A stretch of DNA of 64,000 bases from Actinomycetota bacterium (GCA_030682655.1 JAUXNU010000045.1:9909-73908); one strand, 5' to 3'. Positions 10,457 to 21,776 are shown, counted from the first letter of the stretch. A program made the numbers and translations. Notes: a model not told the origin generated them from the letters alone.

Positions 10457-13174
10457 CTACCTGTTGTCCGATGCGTTCGTCTTTGCTGCAAGCGCCGCCT
10501 GCGCTGCCGCCAGCCGTGCAAGCGGGATTCGGTACGGCGAACACGACACGTAGTCGAGCCCTATGTCGAAGAATATCTTCACGCTTTCCGGATCGCCGCC
10601 GTGTTCCCCGCACACTCCCAGCTTGATCTTCGGGTTCGCGGCACGTCCGCCCGCGCAACCGAGCGCAACCAGTTCTGCGACACCATCGTCGATCGTCTCG
10701 AACGGGTTGCGAGACAGGACCTTTCGCTCCAGATAGCGCGGAAGGAACTTCGCCTCGATATCGTCGCGGGAGAAACCGAAGGTAGTCTGCGTCAAATCGT
10801 TCGTTCCGAATGAGAAGAAGTCGGCGACCTTCCCGATCCTCTCGGCCATTACCGCCGCACGCGGGAGCTCGATCATCGTCCCGATGGGGATGTCGATCTC
10901 GATCCCGCACTCGGCCTTGACCTCCGCGACGATGATCTCGCTTTCGGCCCGCAGTATCTCAAGCTCGGTCATGAGCGAAACGAGCGGGATCATGATCTCG
11001 GGCCGCGGGTCCTTGCCGGCCTTCTTGAGCTGGCATGCGGCGAGCGTGATGGCCCGGACCTGCATCCCGTAGATCTCGGGGAACATGATCCCGAGCCGAC
11101 ACCCGCGAAGGCCGAGCATCGGGTTCGCCTCGGTCATCGAATCGATCTGCGAGAGGAGCTTCCTCTTGGGAGCGAGCTCCTCGGCGGAAGCGCCAGCGCA
11201 CTCCGCGCGAACGATAGCGACTTCGAGCTCGCGCGGCGAGTCCAGGAACTCGTGCAGAGGCGGATCGAGAAGGCGCACGGTAACGGGTAGCCCGTCCATG
11301 GCCTCGAAGATGCCGAGGTAGTCCTCGGTCTGGACCTTCATAAGCTTCTCGAGCGCCCCATCGCGCACCGACTGGTCGTCGGCCAGGATGAAGTCCTGGA
11401 TGATGTCTTTGCGCTCGCCGAGGAACATGTGCTCGGTACGGCATAGTCCGATGCCTGCCGCCCCAAACTTGCGGCCGAGAGCAGCGTCGTCTGGCGTGTC
11501 GGCGTTCGCACGAACACCCATGGTGCGGAACTCGTCCGCCCAGCCGAGGATCGTGTCGAAGTCCCCGGACACCTCGGGCTCTATGAGAGATACCGCACCC
11601 GTGACCACGATGCCGCTCGTGCCGTCGATGGATATGATGTCGCCCTCTCGCAGCACAATGTCGGTGCCTGAGACGGTAGCTTGCTTGCTCCGCGCGTCGA
11701 TCTTGAGCTTCTCTGCGCCGCATACGCACGGCTTGCCCATTCCACGCGCGACAACGGCCGCATGCGACGTCTTGCCACCGTGGCTGGTCAGGATGCCTTG
11801 CGCGGCGATCATGCCGTGCAGGTCGTCAGGGGTGGTCTCCCAGCGCACGAGGATGACCTTGCGGCCCTCGGCGGCAGCCTCCACGGCAGTGTCGGCGGAG
11901 AACACCACTTCGCCCACAGCAGCACCGGGAGAAGCGTTGAGGCCCTTCGCGAGTACGTCGTAGTGCGCTGACGCATCGAACTGCGGGTGAAGCAGCTGAT
12001 CGAGCTGTGCCGGATCGATGCGCAAGACGGCCTCTTCACGATCGATGAGACCTTCCTCGACCATATCGACGGCAATCTTGAGCGCTGCCCGGGCGGTGCG
12101 CTTGCCGACGCGGGTCTGCAGCATCCACAGCGTGCCCTGCTCGATCGTGAACTCGATGTCGCACATATCGCGATAGGCATTCTCCAAGGTCTCGAAGACC
12201 TTCCAAAGCTCCGCCCCGGCCTCAGGAAGCACTTTGTGCAGGTCCGGAAGCGACTCGGTCACCCTGATGCCGGCCACCACGTCCTCGCCCTGGGCGTTGG
12301 TGAGGAAGTCGCCGTATATCTCGTTGGTGCCATCAGCCGGGTTGCGCGTGAACGCAACGCCGGTCGCGCTTGTCTCGCCTTTGTTGCCGAAGACCATCGT
12401 CTGCACGTTGACCGCAGTGCCGAGGTCATCGGGAATCCTCTCCATCTTGCGATAGTCGATCGCACGACGGTTGTTCCACGACCTGAACACGGCCTCGATG
12501 GACAGGTGGAGCTGAAGCGCGACGTCCTGCGGGAAGGCGATTCGTCCATCGATGGCGAGCTCCGGGAAATCTTCGGCGGACACATGCTCGGCGACGATAT
12601 CCTTGAAGGTGCCGGTGAGCTCCCGCATGTCCTCGGCAGAGAGGTCCGTGTCGCTCGAGACGTTGCGGTCGAGTTTCATCTGGCTGATAGCGTTCTCGAA
12701 GAGGTCACCCTCTATGTCGAGCACGACCTTGGAGAACATCTGGACGAAACGCCGGTAGCTGTCCCATGCGAAACGCTCGTTGCCGGTCTGGGCGATGACG
12801 CCCTGGACCGAGAGATCGTTGAGGCCCAGATTCAAGATCGTGTCCATCATGCCGGGCATGGAAAACGGTGATCCCGAACGAACCGACACAAGAAGCGGGT
12901 CGTCCGTGTCGCCGAGCTTCTTGCCCATCTTGCCCTCGAGCTCGGCGACGTATTCCGCGATCTCGGCGGCAAGTCCTGCGGGAAACGCGGGTGGCGTCGA
13001 GTTGTAGTACTCCATGCACGCCTGGCAGCTGATCGTGAACCCTGGAGGCACCGGGAGACCCATATTGGCCATCTCGGCCAGGTTCGCACCTTTGCCGCCA
13101 AGGATGAACTTCAAGTCCTTGTTGCCCTCGGTGCGTCCCCCACCGAAAGCGTACACTCGCTTGACGTCGGACAA
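10457..13174 (-). CDS. ppdK: Pyruvate, phosphate dikinase
   Basis: Full-length match by eye: GGKGANLAEM, phospho-His region GGKTSHAAVVARGMGKPCV, and C-terminal PEP-utilising region FFSFGTNDLTQ..GVCGEHGGDP. Start set at TTG 13174 (MSDVKRVYAF), after AGGGAG. Confidence 0.95.
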   Translation of the reverse strand: MSDVKRVYAFGGGRTEGNKDLKFILGGKGANLAEMANMGLPVPPGFTISCQACMEYYNSTPPAFPAGLAAEIAEYVAELEGKMGKKLGDTDDPLLVSVRSGSPFSMPGMMDTILNLGLNDLSVQGVIAQTGNERFAWDSYRRFVQMFSKVVLDIEGDLFENAISQMKLDRNVSSDTDLSAEDMRELTGTFKDIVAEHVSAEDFPELAIDGRIAFPQDVALQLHLSIEAVFRSWNNRRAIDYRKMERIPDDLGTAVNVQTMVFGNKGETSATGVAFTRNPADGTNEIYGDFLTNAQGEDVVAGIRVTESLPDLHKVLPEAGAELWKVFETLENAYRDMCDIEFTIEQGTLWMLQTRVGKRTARAALKIAVDMVEEGLIDREEAVLRIDPAQLDQLLHPQFDASAHYDVLAKGLNASPGAAVGEVVFSADTAVEAAAEGRKVILVRWETTPDDLHGMIAAQGILTSHGGKTSHAAVVARGMGKPCVCGAEKLKIDARSKQATVSGTDIVLREGDIISIDGTSGIVVTGAVSLIEPEVSGDFDTILGWADEFRTMGVRANADTPDDAALGRKFGAAGIGLCRTEHMFLGERKDIIQDFILADDQSVRDGALEKLMKVQTEDYLGIFEAMDGLPVTVRLLDPPLHEFLDSPRELEVAIVRAECAGASAEELAPKRKLLSQIDSMTEANPMLGLRGCRLGIMFPEIYGMQVRAITLAACQLKKAGKDPRPEIMIPLVSLMTELEILRAESEIIVAEVKAECGIEIDIPIGTMIELPRAAVMAERIGKVADFFSFGTNDLTQTTFGFSRDDIEAKFLPRYLERKVLSRNPFETIDDGVAELVALGCAGGRAANPKIKLGVCGEHGGDPESVKIFFDIGLDYVSCSPYRIPLARLAAAQAALAAKTNASDNR

Positions 13175-13258
13175 CTCCCTCTCCCTCTCTTTCGGGGACC
13201 CGATGTGAACCGCATGATACCGCACTGCGCCCCCGCCGGGGGCGTGCGGCGCACGGCC

Positions 13259-14077
13259 TTAGTCCCTTGTCGTCAGACTACCCCGAATGTGACGGACGAT
13301 CTCCTGCGCAGCCTCCTCGACCGCCCGGTTGTCCGTGTGAACCACGAGACACCCGATTCGCCGCATTATCGCCCGTGCTTCTTCGAGCTCGCTCTCCACG
13401 GCCTCTCGCTCCGCGTACCCGGGCACGTACGCGCCAAGCTCCTTCATCCGCGCTCCCCGGATCTCCAGGAGGACGTCGGCATTCGTGACAAGGCCAAAGA
13501 CACGTCGCGGGTCAAGTTCGAACAACTGTGGCGGATTGGCTACCCCCGGCGCAAGCGGCACGTTGGCCACACGCCAACCCTTGAAAGCAAGGTACATGGC
13601 CAACGGCGTCTTGCTCGTGCGTGAGACGCCTATGAGAACGATGTCCGCATCGATCAGTCCTTCGGCATTGCGGCCGTCGTCGTGTTTGACAGCGAACTCC
13701 ATCGCCTCGATGCGATCGAAGTAGTACTGATCGGTACGGCGAACCGCGCCCGCAACGCCGGTCGGCTCGATGTCGGTCGCCCTGGACAGCAGCGCTATCG
13801 CCGGCCCGAGCAGATCGACGCCGTTGACGCCGCCACGACAAAGCGATTCCATCTCGACACGGAGGGCGTCGTCAACAAGCGTGTAGAAGAACACGCAGTG
13901 ACTGCCGCAATGCGACTGCACGGACTCCCGGAGCGCCTCAGGCGTCGTCACTTTCATTAGTCGCTCGATCACGAACGTCTCGGGCTCGTACTGAGCCGCC
14001 ACGGCCCGCGCGACCATCTCGCCGGTCTCACCGAGCGAATCGGAGACTACATGGATCGAGATGGGACGCTCCAGCAC
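13259..14077 (-). CDS. Pyruvate phosphate dikinase regulatory protein (PDRP, DUF299 kinase/pyrophosphorylase)
   Basis: P-loop-like ADIVLIGVSRTSKTPLAMYLA and an N-terminal VSDSLGETGE repeat domain. Lies directly next to ppdK. Confidence 0.88.
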   Translation of the reverse strand: MLERPISIHVVSDSLGETGEMVARAVAAQYEPETFVIERLMKVTTPEALRESVQSHCGSHCVFFYTLVDDALRVEMESLCRGGVNGVDLLGPAIALLSRATDIEPTGVAGAVRRTDQYYFDRIEAMEFAVKHDDGRNAEGLIDADIVLIGVSRTSKTPLAMYLAFKGWRVANVPLAPGVANPPQLFELDPRRVFGLVTNADVLLEIRGARMKELGAYVPGYAEREAVESELEEARAIMRRIGCLVVHTDNRAVEEAAQEIVRHIRGSLTTRD

Positions 14078-14083
14078 TGTGAC

Positions 14084-16183
14084 CTACCCTGTCAGGCGCG
14101 TGAAATCCGCGAAATCCTCGATGAGTCCAACCAACCGGTTGAGAAGGCGCAGCCTGTTCGCACGGACCGCCTCGTCCTCGGCCATCACCAGCACGTCGTC
14201 GAAGAACGTGTCGACCGGCTCTCGCAGCTCTGCAAGCAGCGCCAATGCACCTTCGTAGTCATGATCCGCCATGAGGAGCGTCACGCCGGACGCAGCTCGA
14301 TCCAGCGCCTCGAAGAGCACCGTCTCGGCCGTCTCGACAAGCGAGTCACGATCCGGCTCGGTGCCGAGATCCGGTTGGGCCAGGTTCGCGGCGCGCTTGA
14401 ATGCCACTGCAAGATCCCTGCCCGCCTCGCTCTCACGGAAGGCCCGGAGCGCAGTTGCTCGCCGCATGATATCGGCAGGATCCAGAACCTCGCCGACGTG
14501 GCGCAACGCTGCCGCGATCACTGCGTCTACAACGTCCGGTTCGATGCCCCGGTCGCGCATGATGACCTCGAGGCGGCCAACGACGAACGACCGCACGCTC
14601 TCACCGACGCTATTGGGGGCGAGACCTTCGAGAACGCCCTCGTAGCCGGCCAAGGCGGCCGATATCGCCGCCGTGAGATCGAGCCGAAGCCCACCGTCGA
14701 GAATCATCGTGAGAATCCCGATGGCCCCGCGCCGCAGCGCGTACGGATCGGCCGAACCCGTCGGTCCTTGGCCAATGGCGAAGATGCCGACCATCGTGTC
14801 GAGCTTGTCGGCCGCTGAAGCGATCATGCCGACGGTCGACGGAGGAAGCGCATCGCCCGCGAAACGCGGCTGGTAGTGCTGGAGAACCGCATTCGCAACC
14901 GGCTCGGTCTCTCCAGCGGCCAGGGCGTAGTAGCGCCCCATCACCCCCTGCAAGACAGGGAACTCCACCACAACATGCGAAACCAGATCCGCCTTGCACA
15001 GGTGGGCCGCGCGGACTGCTTCGGCACTCTCTCCTGGGTCGGCGCCGTGAAGCTCAGCCAGCGTGCCAGCTAGCTGCTCGTTGCGCCACACCTTCGCTCC
15101 AGAACTGCCAAGCTTCTCCTGGAAGGTGATCGCGTCCAGCCGGGTGACCCAGTCCTCCATGTTGACCTTCAGATCTTCACGGTAGAAGAAGGTAGCGTCA
15201 GCCAGGCGCGCACGGATCACGCGTTCGTGACCCGAGACGATGCCATCGGTGCATGCAGGATCGCCATTGTGTACAACGACGAAGAGATTCGTGAGCGCCC
15301 CGTCGGGACCCTCCAGAGGGAAGTACCTCTGGTGTTTGGTCATCGCGGTCTCTATTACTTCGCGCGGAACCTCAAGGAACTCCTCGTCGAACTTGCCAAC
15401 GACGACCGTCGGCCATTCCACAAGGTTAACGACCTCGGCAAAAGTCTTTTCGGGCACGACCGCCCGCACCCCATGCTGTTGTTCGACGGCTGCGATGCCC
15501 TCGCGCACGAGGCGCGCACGCTCCTCGTGGTCGTAGACGAACATCCCCCGGCGCGCCGCCGCGTCGTAGTCCCCGGCGGACGCGACCGGAACCCGCCGGT
15601 CACTCGATAGGAACCTGTGGCCGTTCGTGTAGCGGTCTGCAATCAATCCTGCGAACTCCACCGGCAGGATATCCTCGCCGAAGATCGCCAGCAGCCACCG
15701 CACAGGCCGGATGAACCGTGCCGCTCCCGATCCCCAGCGCTGCGACTTCGGCCATGACAGCCCTTCCGCAAGTTCCGCCAGTATCTCGGGGAGCACAGCC
15801 CGAGCGTCGCGACCGACCTGCTCGACGACAGCGTAGACGTACTCGGAGCCGGAATCGTCAGTGACGCGCTCGAGCGCGGACACGTCCACGCCCTTGCCGC
15901 GGGCGAAGCCTTCTGCAGCCTTCGTCGGAATCCCCTCGGCATCGAACGCTGCTTTGACTGCCGGTCCCCTCGCACGCAGCGTCTGGTCGTCCTGACGCTC
16001 GGCAAGTCCGGTCACCTGGAGAACGAGCCGCCGCGGGGCACCGAACGTCTGCAGCGTATCGTAGCCGAGACGGGCATCATTCAGGGCCTTCTCCGCATCG
16101 GTCCGGAGCTGGGAGATGGCTTCATACAGCGGAGCCGAGGGAATCTCCTCGACGCCGATCTCAAACAGAAGATCGCGGCTCAT
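14084..16183 (-). CDS. glyS: Glycine--tRNA ligase beta subunit
   Basis: [15 protein letters not shown].. N-terminus, ..TPRRL-like [10 protein letters not shown], and 699-aa length. Overlaps the glyQ stop (ATGA). Confidence 0.93.
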   Translation of the reverse strand: MSRDLLFEIGVEEIPSAPLYEAISQLRTDAEKALNDARLGYDTLQTFGAPRRLVLQVTGLAERQDDQTLRARGPAVKAAFDAEGIPTKAAEGFARGKGVDVSALERVTDDSGSEYVYAVVEQVGRDARAVLPEILAELAEGLSWPKSQRWGSGAARFIRPVRWLLAIFGEDILPVEFAGLIADRYTNGHRFLSSDRRVPVASAGDYDAAARRGMFVYDHEERARLVREGIAAVEQQHGVRAVVPEKTFAEVVNLVEWPTVVVGKFDEEFLEVPREVIETAMTKHQRYFPLEGPDGALTNLFVVVHNGDPACTDGIVSGHERVIRARLADATFFYREDLKVNMEDWVTRLDAITFQEKLGSSGAKVWRNEQLAGTLAELHGADPGESAEAVRAAHLCKADLVSHVVVEFPVLQGVMGRYYALAAGETEPVANAVLQHYQPRFAGDALPPSTVGMIASAADKLDTMVGIFAIGQGPTGSADPYALRRGAIGILTMILDGGLRLDLTAAISAALAGYEGVLEGLAPNSVGESVRSFVVGRLEVIMRDRGIEPDVVDAVIAAALRHVGEVLDPADIMRRATALRAFRESEAGRDLAVAFKRAANLAQPDLGTEPDRDSLVETAETVLFEALDRAASGVTLLMADHDYEGALALLAELREPVDTFFDDVLVMAEDEAVRANRLRLLNRLVGLIEDFADFTRLTG

Positions 16184-17130
16184 GACGCATCACCGCCTTC
16201 GGCTACCTGAGCAGTCTCGGCGGCATCTTGCGCCTCTGCGCCGTTCTCCTCGGCCAGCGCACCGCGTACCCGGGCGACGTAGGCCTCGCAGCACGCCTTG
16301 GCCAGCGTACGCACCCGCAGGATGAAGCTCACGCGCTCGGTCACGGCGATCGCGCCGCGTGCGTCGAGCAGGTTGAACGCATGCGAGCACTTGAGCACGT
16401 AGTCGTAGGCGGGAAGCACGACGCCGCCATCCAGCAGCCGCACGCACTCGGCCTCGTAGGTGTCGAAGAGCCGGTAGAGCATCTCGGTGTCGGCAAGTTC
16501 GAAGTTGTGCTTCGAGTACTGCCGCTCGTTTTCGAGGAAGACGTCGCCGTAGGTGTACGTGAGGCCGTCCGGTCCGACCGACCAGACGATGTCGTATACG
16601 CTGTCGACGCCTTGGATGTACATCGCGAGACGCTCAAGCCCGTAGGTGATCTCCGCCGGCACCGGGCGACAGTCGAACCCTCCGACCTGCTGGAAGTAGG
16701 TGAACTGGGTGACCTCCATGCCGTTGAGCCAGACCTCCCAGCCGAGTCCCCACGCACCGAGCGTCGGCGACTCCCAGTCGTCCTCGACGAGGCGGACGTC
16801 GTGGTCCGCCGGCTCGATCCCTATCGCGCGCAGCGAGTCGAAATACAGGTCCAGCACGTCGTCGGGGCTTGGCATGAGGATGACCTGGAACTGGTAGTAG
16901 TGCTGGAGACGGTTCGGGTTCTCGCCATACCGCCCGTCCGCAGGCCGCCTCGACGGCTGCACATAGGCCGTGCGCCAAGGCGTCGGATCCAGCGTCCTCA
17001 GTGTGGTAGCTGGGTGAAACGTCCCCGCCCCGACCTCGCTGTCATAGGGCTGGAGCACGACACATCCCTGATCAGCCCAGTAGCGTGACAGGGTGAGGAT
17101 GATGTCCTGGAACGTCATGCCGTTCGTCAA
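16180..17130 (-). CDS. glyQ: Glycine--tRNA ligase alpha subunit
   Basis: [37 protein letters not shown].., [29 protein letters not shown] start 7 nt after GGAGGGG; ATG 17118 is an alternative. Confidence 0.95.
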   Translation of the reverse strand: MTNGMTFQDIILTLSRYWADQGCVVLQPYDSEVGAGTFHPATTLRTLDPTPWRTAYVQPSRRPADGRYGENPNRLQHYYQFQVILMPSPDDVLDLYFDSLRAIGIEPADHDVRLVEDDWESPTLGAWGLGWEVWLNGMEVTQFTYFQQVGGFDCRPVPAEITYGLERLAMYIQGVDSVYDIVWSVGPDGLTYTYGDVFLENERQYSKHNFELADTEMLYRLFDTYEAECVRLLDGGVVLPAYDYVLKCSHAFNLLDARGAIAVTERVSFILRVRTLAKACCEAYVARVRGALAEENGAEAQDAAETAQVAEGGDAS

Positions 17131-17224
17131 GGGAACCCCTCCGGCGGTGAAGCGGATGGCAGGTACGCGCGATCAGCGCCTCCTGCAGTGTGTAGGTCAT
17201 GCTATCGGATGGTCGGAAGCAGGG

Positions 17225-17728
17225 TCAACGAGCGCGACCTCGCGGGCCTCGTGCAACGTGTGCACGCAGTAACGTTTCCAGGTCCTCCGGTGTGCCCACA
17301 ACCAGTGAATCATCAGGCAGAAGCAGAAACGCCCCCCACGCTGCATGCAATACGTAGTGACCGGCTGCAACTCGCCAGCGCACGATCGAGGACCACGGAA
17401 TCTCACCTTCGCCGTCCGTCGTGCGGTAGGAGACCCCGTCCTCGGCGAACTCGTAGCGGACGGGCTCATAGATCGAGCGATTCACGGGCGAGCGCACCTG
17501 CCACTCGACGTACGCCCAGACGATGAGCAAGAAGCCGACGAACGAGTAGATTGACAGGACACCCGCTCCGGAGTCCCCCGACGCAACCGACGCGAATACG
17601 ACCGCCGTCAGCATCGGAGCAACATAGCGAAGCCGAAGAGCCGAGAGGTGCACCAGAGCGCGCCGGTAGCCGACCTCAGTGAGGTGTACGTCCGCGACAA
17701 CCGTTGCCGTCCGCCCCTCCTCGCTCAC
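17225..17728 (-). CDS. Hypothetical membrane protein, YcxB-like (two TM segments + bPH-like C-terminal domain)
   Basis: Hydrophobic MLTAVVFASVA..VLSIYSFVGFLLIVWAYV, followed by YEFAEDGVSYRTTDGEGEIPWSSIVRWRV..LLLPD. GTG 17728 overlaps the recO stop (GTGA). The track ORF up to 18082 runs into recO and was trimmed. Confidence 0.5.
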   Translation of the reverse strand: MSEEGRTATVVADVHLTEVGYRRALVHLSALRLRYVAPMLTAVVFASVASGDSGAGVLSIYSFVGFLLIVWAYVEWQVRSPVNRSIYEPVRYEFAEDGVSYRTTDGEGEIPWSSIVRWRVAAGHYVLHAAWGAFLLLPDDSLVVGTPEDLETLLRAHVARGPRGRAR

Positions 17729-18474
17729 GTCAGAAGCCCTGCATAGAAGTCCAGTGCCTTCAGCCGCGCATGCAAGTGATAGGCGACGAAAGAGCGCATC
17801 AGCTCGAAAGCCTCGCGCACGTCCGCCTCCGGCGGAGGCATCTCGGCGATATCGGCCATCGTCGAGCGCAGAAGCCGCACCAGCAGTACGCGCCCGGCTT
17901 CGCTCAGGCGCAATGCCGAGGAGTCTGCGTCGCCGCACTCCGCGCATAGAACCCCTCCGGACGCGAGCGAGAAGAACTTCCCGCCGCTGACGTGTTCCGA
18001 GCAGGCGGCACACGCCTCCAGCTGCGGGCGGTATCCCTGCATCGCCATGGCCTTCACGAGAAACGCGGTGACGAGGGCACACAAGGTCTCCAGCGAACCT
18101 GACTCCAGGGAGGCCAACGTCACCTGTGCCAGGCTGAAGAGCCGCTCCTCGATCTGGCCTTCAAGCGATATCTTGTCGAGAACGTCCGCCACGACCGATG
18201 CGGCAGCGGACCGGTCCAAGTCCTCGCGCAAGCGTGCATGCGCCACAAGCACTTCGACCTCGGAGATCACGTCGAGCGAGCGCCCGGAGTGGACCAGCAG
18301 GTCGACCTCGCTGAACGGCTCAAGGCGACCAGACGTCCTCGATCCCGGCTTGCGCATTCCCTTGGCAACGGCGCGTATCTGCCGACCGTCCTCGGCAAGC
18401 ACGCTGAGGATCACGTCGGTCTCCCCGAGCTTGGTCTTGCGAAGCACGATCGCACGGACGGAGTATGCGGCCAT
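17725..18474 (-). CDS. recO: DNA repair protein RecO
   Basis: N-terminal OB fold AIVLRKTKLGETDVILSVLAEDGRQIRAVAKG and zinc motif CAACSEH..GGVLCAECG. Start ATG 18474 (MAAYSV..). Confidence 0.9.
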   Translation of the reverse strand: MAAYSVRAIVLRKTKLGETDVILSVLAEDGRQIRAVAKGMRKPGSRTSGRLEPFSEVDLLVHSGRSLDVISEVEVLVAHARLREDLDRSAAASVVADVLDKISLEGQIEERLFSLAQVTLASLESGSLETLCALVTAFLVKAMAMQGYRPQLEACAACSEHVSGGKFFSLASGGVLCAECGDADSSALRLSEAGRVLLVRLLRSTMADIAEMPPPEADVREAFELMRSFVAYHLHARLKALDFYAGLLT

Positions 18475-18484
18475 CGCGGAGCGA

Positions 18485-19174
18485 CTAGTCTTGGACTGGC
18501 AGGGCCGCGACGATCTCGATTCCCGCAGAAGCGCCCAGACGCGTCGCGCCTGCATCGATCATCGCGAGCGCAGTGTCCAGGTCGCGAATGCCACCGGCCG
18601 CCTTCACTCCGATGTCGGGTCCCACTGCGGCGCGCATGATCTCGATATCGCGCACGGACGCGCCGCGTGGCCCGAACCCGGTCGACGTCTTGACGTACTG
18701 CGCCCCCGCTTTGACGGCGATCCGGCTTGCCTGCGCAATACCGGCCTCGTCGAGGTATCCAGTCTCCAGAATCACCTTCACGATCCCCGCCCCGTCGGAG
18801 ACGGAGGCAACTGCATCGACGACGGCACGGATGTCGTCGAGCACGAACTCGAACTCCCCTTCGAGGAAGGCAGCTATGTTCATGACCATGTCGACCTCGA
18901 CGCAGCCGAGATCGACTAGCAACGCCGCTTCCTCGGCTTTCGTCTCTGTGTTGGCATACCCGAGGGGGAACCCGCACACGGAACACACCACCGTGGACGT
19001 GCCGGAGAGCTTCTGCGCGGCGAGCGGTACGAGGAACGGAGACACGCACAGTGAAGCGAAGCCCTGGTCGCAGCTTGCGTCCATCCACTCGGACGCCTCT
19101 GCGAAACCGATGGTCGGCTTCAGCAGAGTCTGGTCGATATGGGCAGCCAATGTCGTGGCATCCATGGCGTTCAC
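18485..19174 (-). CDS. deoC: Deoxyribose-phosphate aldolase
   Basis: IDQTLLKP, VCGFPLG, EVDMVMN, YVKTSTGF (Schiff-base Lys context), GVKAAGGIR, RLGASAG. Confidence 0.92.
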   Translation of the reverse strand: MNAMDATTLAAHIDQTLLKPTIGFAEASEWMDASCDQGFASLCVSPFLVPLAAQKLSGTSTVVCSVCGFPLGYANTETKAEEAALLVDLGCVEVDMVMNIAAFLEGEFEFVLDDIRAVVDAVASVSDGAGIVKVILETGYLDEAGIAQASRIAVKAGAQYVKTSTGFGPRGASVRDIEIMRAAVGPDIGVKAAGGIRDLDTALAMIDAGATRLGASAGIEIVAALPVQD

Positions 19175-20085
19175 AGCCCTTCCCCGTAGCCAAACCGTCG
19201 AATCTGGCTTGCATCGCGGCGCCAGTTGCGCCGCACTTTCACGACGAGATCGAGATACACGCGACTGCCAAGGAGACGCTCAAGGTCCGCTCGCGCCTCG
19301 GTGCCGACACGTTTGACCATCTCGCCGCCCTTGCCAACGATTATGCCCTTCTGTGACTCCCGCTCCACGAAGATCACTGCGTAGATGGTCGTAAGGTCAC
19401 GCTTCTCCTCGAAGACCATGTCTTCGAGTGCGACTCCGACCGCGTGAGGCACCTCATCTCGCGTGGTGCGCAGAACCTTCTCCCGGATGAACTCCGCGAC
19501 CATCACTTCGACCGGCTGGTCAGTGGCCATATCGCGCGGGAAGTATCGCGGCCCCTGCGGGAGCAGGCCTATGACGGTGTCCGCGAATCCGTCCACGTTG
19601 AAGCCCGTCTTCGCCGAGACCGCGAGCGCGTCGTCGAACTTCGCAAGCGCGGATGCCACATCTATCTGCCGGGTCACCGTCGCCTGATCCACGAGATCGG
19701 CTTTCGTCACGACCAGGACCCGGGCGCTGCGCGCGGCAGCCACATGTTTGGCCACCCACTCGTCTCCCCTGCCCACGGGCTTGGACGCGTCAACGACGAA
19801 GCACGCGACATCCACATCGCTCAACGCCTTCAGGGCCGAACGGTTGAGCTCCTCGCCCAGTGCATCGTGGGGCTTGTGCAGCCCGGGGGTGTCGACAAGG
19901 ATGGCCTGCGCATCATCGCGATCCAGCACAGCGCGCAAACGGTGCCGTGTGGTCTGCGGCGTGTCCGAAGTGATTGCGACCTTCGCTCCCACCACGGCGT
20001 TCACGAGCGTGGACTTTCCGGCGTTCGGGCGCCCGACAAGAGCCACGAACCCGCTCAGAACCGATTCCTGGCCGTTGATGGTCAC
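19171..20085 (-). CDS. era: GTPase Era
   Basis: G motifs GRPNAGKST, DTPG, TKAD, and a C-terminal KH domain (VERESQKGIIVGKGGEMVKRVG). GTG 20085 lies 1 nt after the cdd stop. Confidence 0.93.
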   Translation of the reverse strand: MTINGQESVLSGFVALVGRPNAGKSTLVNAVVGAKVAITSDTPQTTRHRLRAVLDRDDAQAILVDTPGLHKPHDALGEELNRSALKALSDVDVACFVVDASKPVGRGDEWVAKHVAAARSARVLVVTKADLVDQATVTRQIDVASALAKFDDALAVSAKTGFNVDGFADTVIGLLPQGPRYFPRDMATDQPVEVMVAEFIREKVLRTTRDEVPHAVGVALEDMVFEEKRDLTTIYAVIFVERESQKGIIVGKGGEMVKRVGTEARADLERLLGSRVYLDLVVKVRRNWRRDASQIRRFGYGEGL

Positions 20086-20086
20086 G

Positions 20087-20506
20087 CTATTTCGCGTCGT
20101 CCTGATCGAGATACCCGCGAACGAACGCCTCGGGAAGCAGCTCATCGAGAGTCATGACCATGACCTCGTCGGTCCGTCCCCCCATTATCACGCGCATCTC
20201 CGGGTTGAACTCGGCCAAGAACTGACGGCACGCGCCGCATGGCACCGTGGGTGCCTCTGAATCGCCCACAACAGCGATCGCGTCGATCTCGCGGCATCCT
20301 GCGGCCACAGCAGCCATCACGGCTCCCCGTTCCGCGCACACGGTAGAACCGTAGGCGGCGTTCTCCACGTTCACTCCTTGGAAGATCTCGCCACCGGCAT
20401 AGACAGCGGCTCCGACACGAAAACCCGAGTACGGTGCGTACGCCTTTTCCTGCACCTCGCGGGCAAACGCGAGGAGCGCCAGGTCGGTCTGTGTGAGGTT
20501 ACGCAT
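20087..20506 (-). CDS. cdd: Cytidine deaminase
   Basis: Zinc-binding motifs CAERGAV and PCGACRQ; 139 aa. Confidence 0.92.
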   Translation of the reverse strand: MRNLTQTDLALLAFAREVQEKAYAPYSGFRVGAAVYAGGEIFQGVNVENAAYGSTVCAERGAVMAAVAAGCREIDAIAVVGDSEAPTVPCGACRQFLAEFNPEMRVIMGGRTDEVMVMTLDELLPEAFVRGYLDQDDAK

Positions 20507-21776
20507 CGTCCCTCTCCTTGTCTGCCGCAGGTCCGGCGGATTCCACTATCAGCTGACGGATTCGAGTTCCTTCGAGTTCCTCGACGGTCATCCTGAGGCC
20601 CTCGACCTCCACCGAGTCGCCGACATCCGGAATGCGCCCTGCGACTTCGGCAACCACACCACCAACACTGTCCGAGTCAGAGACGACAGCGGTGTCGAAC
20701 AGCTCGTTCAGTTCATCGACGGGCAGCCGCGCATCGACGCGGTACCGTCCGTCACCGATCTCGGAAACGAGCCGGATCTCGAGGTCGAACTCGTCGAATA
20801 TCTCTCCCACGATCTCCTCGAGCAAGTCCTCGATGGTGACGAGACCGGCTGTACCGCCGTATTCGTCGGCCACGATCGCGATGTGGGTTCTCAGGCGCAT
20901 CTCGATTAGAAGCTCTTGTACCGGCTTGGTCTCCGGGACGAAGTAGGCGGCACGAGCAATCGTCGCGGGCCGCACCGTACTGTCGCGAGCGACGGCGGCG
21001 AGCAGGTCCTTCGCATAGAGCACGCCGCGGATGTCGTCGACGGTCTCATGGTACACCGGTATCCGCGAACAGCCCGCACCCTCGATGACCTCGATTGCCT
21101 CGAGCGCTGTCGCAGTGTCCGGCACGCACGTCATGTCCGTTCTTGGCACCATGACCTCGCGGACGACTTTCTCCGCGAAGTCGGAGAGCGCCTCGAGCAA
21201 CGCCTCCTCGGTCTCCTCGCGCGCTGACTCCTCGCCGTTGCCGACGGAGCCCGCGCGGTACTGGTCCTCGGTGATCCATGGCCGCACCGGCGGTTCACCT
21301 GTCACGAGTCGCACACCCCAACTCCACGGCGAGCCAAGGACCTTTGCGAAGGGGTACAGCAAGCTGCTGAGCGACAGCGCAACGCGTGCGAATGCGAGAG
21401 CGACCCCTTCGGGGTTCTGCACAGCCACGGTCCTGGGAAGGGCCTGCCCGAAGCTGAACACGACGAGGACGCCCGCGGCCACACCGATGGAGACCGAGAC
21501 GAACGCCGGTGCATCCGCGTACAGGTCGCGCACGGCCCACGAGGACATCGCTATGCCGGTCCCATACGCCAGCGCGAGAGAGAACGCGGCAGCGGCCCGG
21601 AACCGGTAGGCCCGGTCCACCAGCCGGTCAAGGGCCAGGGCACCCGGCTTCTCCGCCTCGACGAGCCGCAGTATGCGCCCGGGAGAGACCAGAGCCGAAG
21701 CGGCCTCCTCGGCGGCCAAGACGGCGGCAAGGGCCGTGGCAACAGCGATAGCACCAAGTGTAAGCAGTGGTACCAA
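20499..21776 (-). CDS. CNNM/TlyC-family hemolysin-like protein (DUF21 + CBS pair + CorC_HlyC)
   Basis: N-terminal TM region, CBS region VREVMVPRTDM..IPVYHETVDDIRGVLYAKDLL, and C-terminus EYGGTAGLVTIEDLLEEIVGEI. Confidence 0.88.
   Translation of the reverse strand: MVPLLTLGAIAVATALAAVLAAEEAASALVSPGRILRLVEAEKPGALALDRLVDRAYRFRAAAAFSLALAYGTGIAMSSWAVRDLYADAPAFVSVSIGVAAGVLVVFSFGQALPRTVAVQNPEGVALAFARVALSLSSLLYPFAKVLGSPWSWGVRLVTGEPPVRPWITEDQYRAGSVGNGEESAREETEEALLEALSDFAEKVVREVMVPRTDMTCVPDTATALEAIEVIEGAGCSRIPVYHETVDDIRGVLYAKDLLAAVARDSTVRPATIARAAYFVPETKPVQELLIEMRLRTHIAIVADEYGGTAGLVTIEDLLEEIVGEIFDEFDLEIRLVSEIGDGRYRVDARLPVDELNELFDTAVVSDSDSVGGVVAEVAGRIPDVGDSVEVEGLRMTVEELEGTRIRQLIVESAGPAADKERDDA

Noticed and set aside
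10029-10910. The full 293-aa track ORF as a gene.
   Set aside because: Its upstream two-thirds overlap the ppdK 3' end out of frame and are Arg-rich junk. Only the hydrophobic C-terminal ~120 aa in the dgt-ppdK gap were kept, as a low-confidence CDS.
17131-17224. Possible T-box leader upstream of glyQS, as found in Firmicutes.
   Set aside because: Only ~94 nt separate the glyQ start from the upstream gene. That is too short for a T-box (Stem I, specifier and antiterminator), and no T-box consensus sequence was seen.
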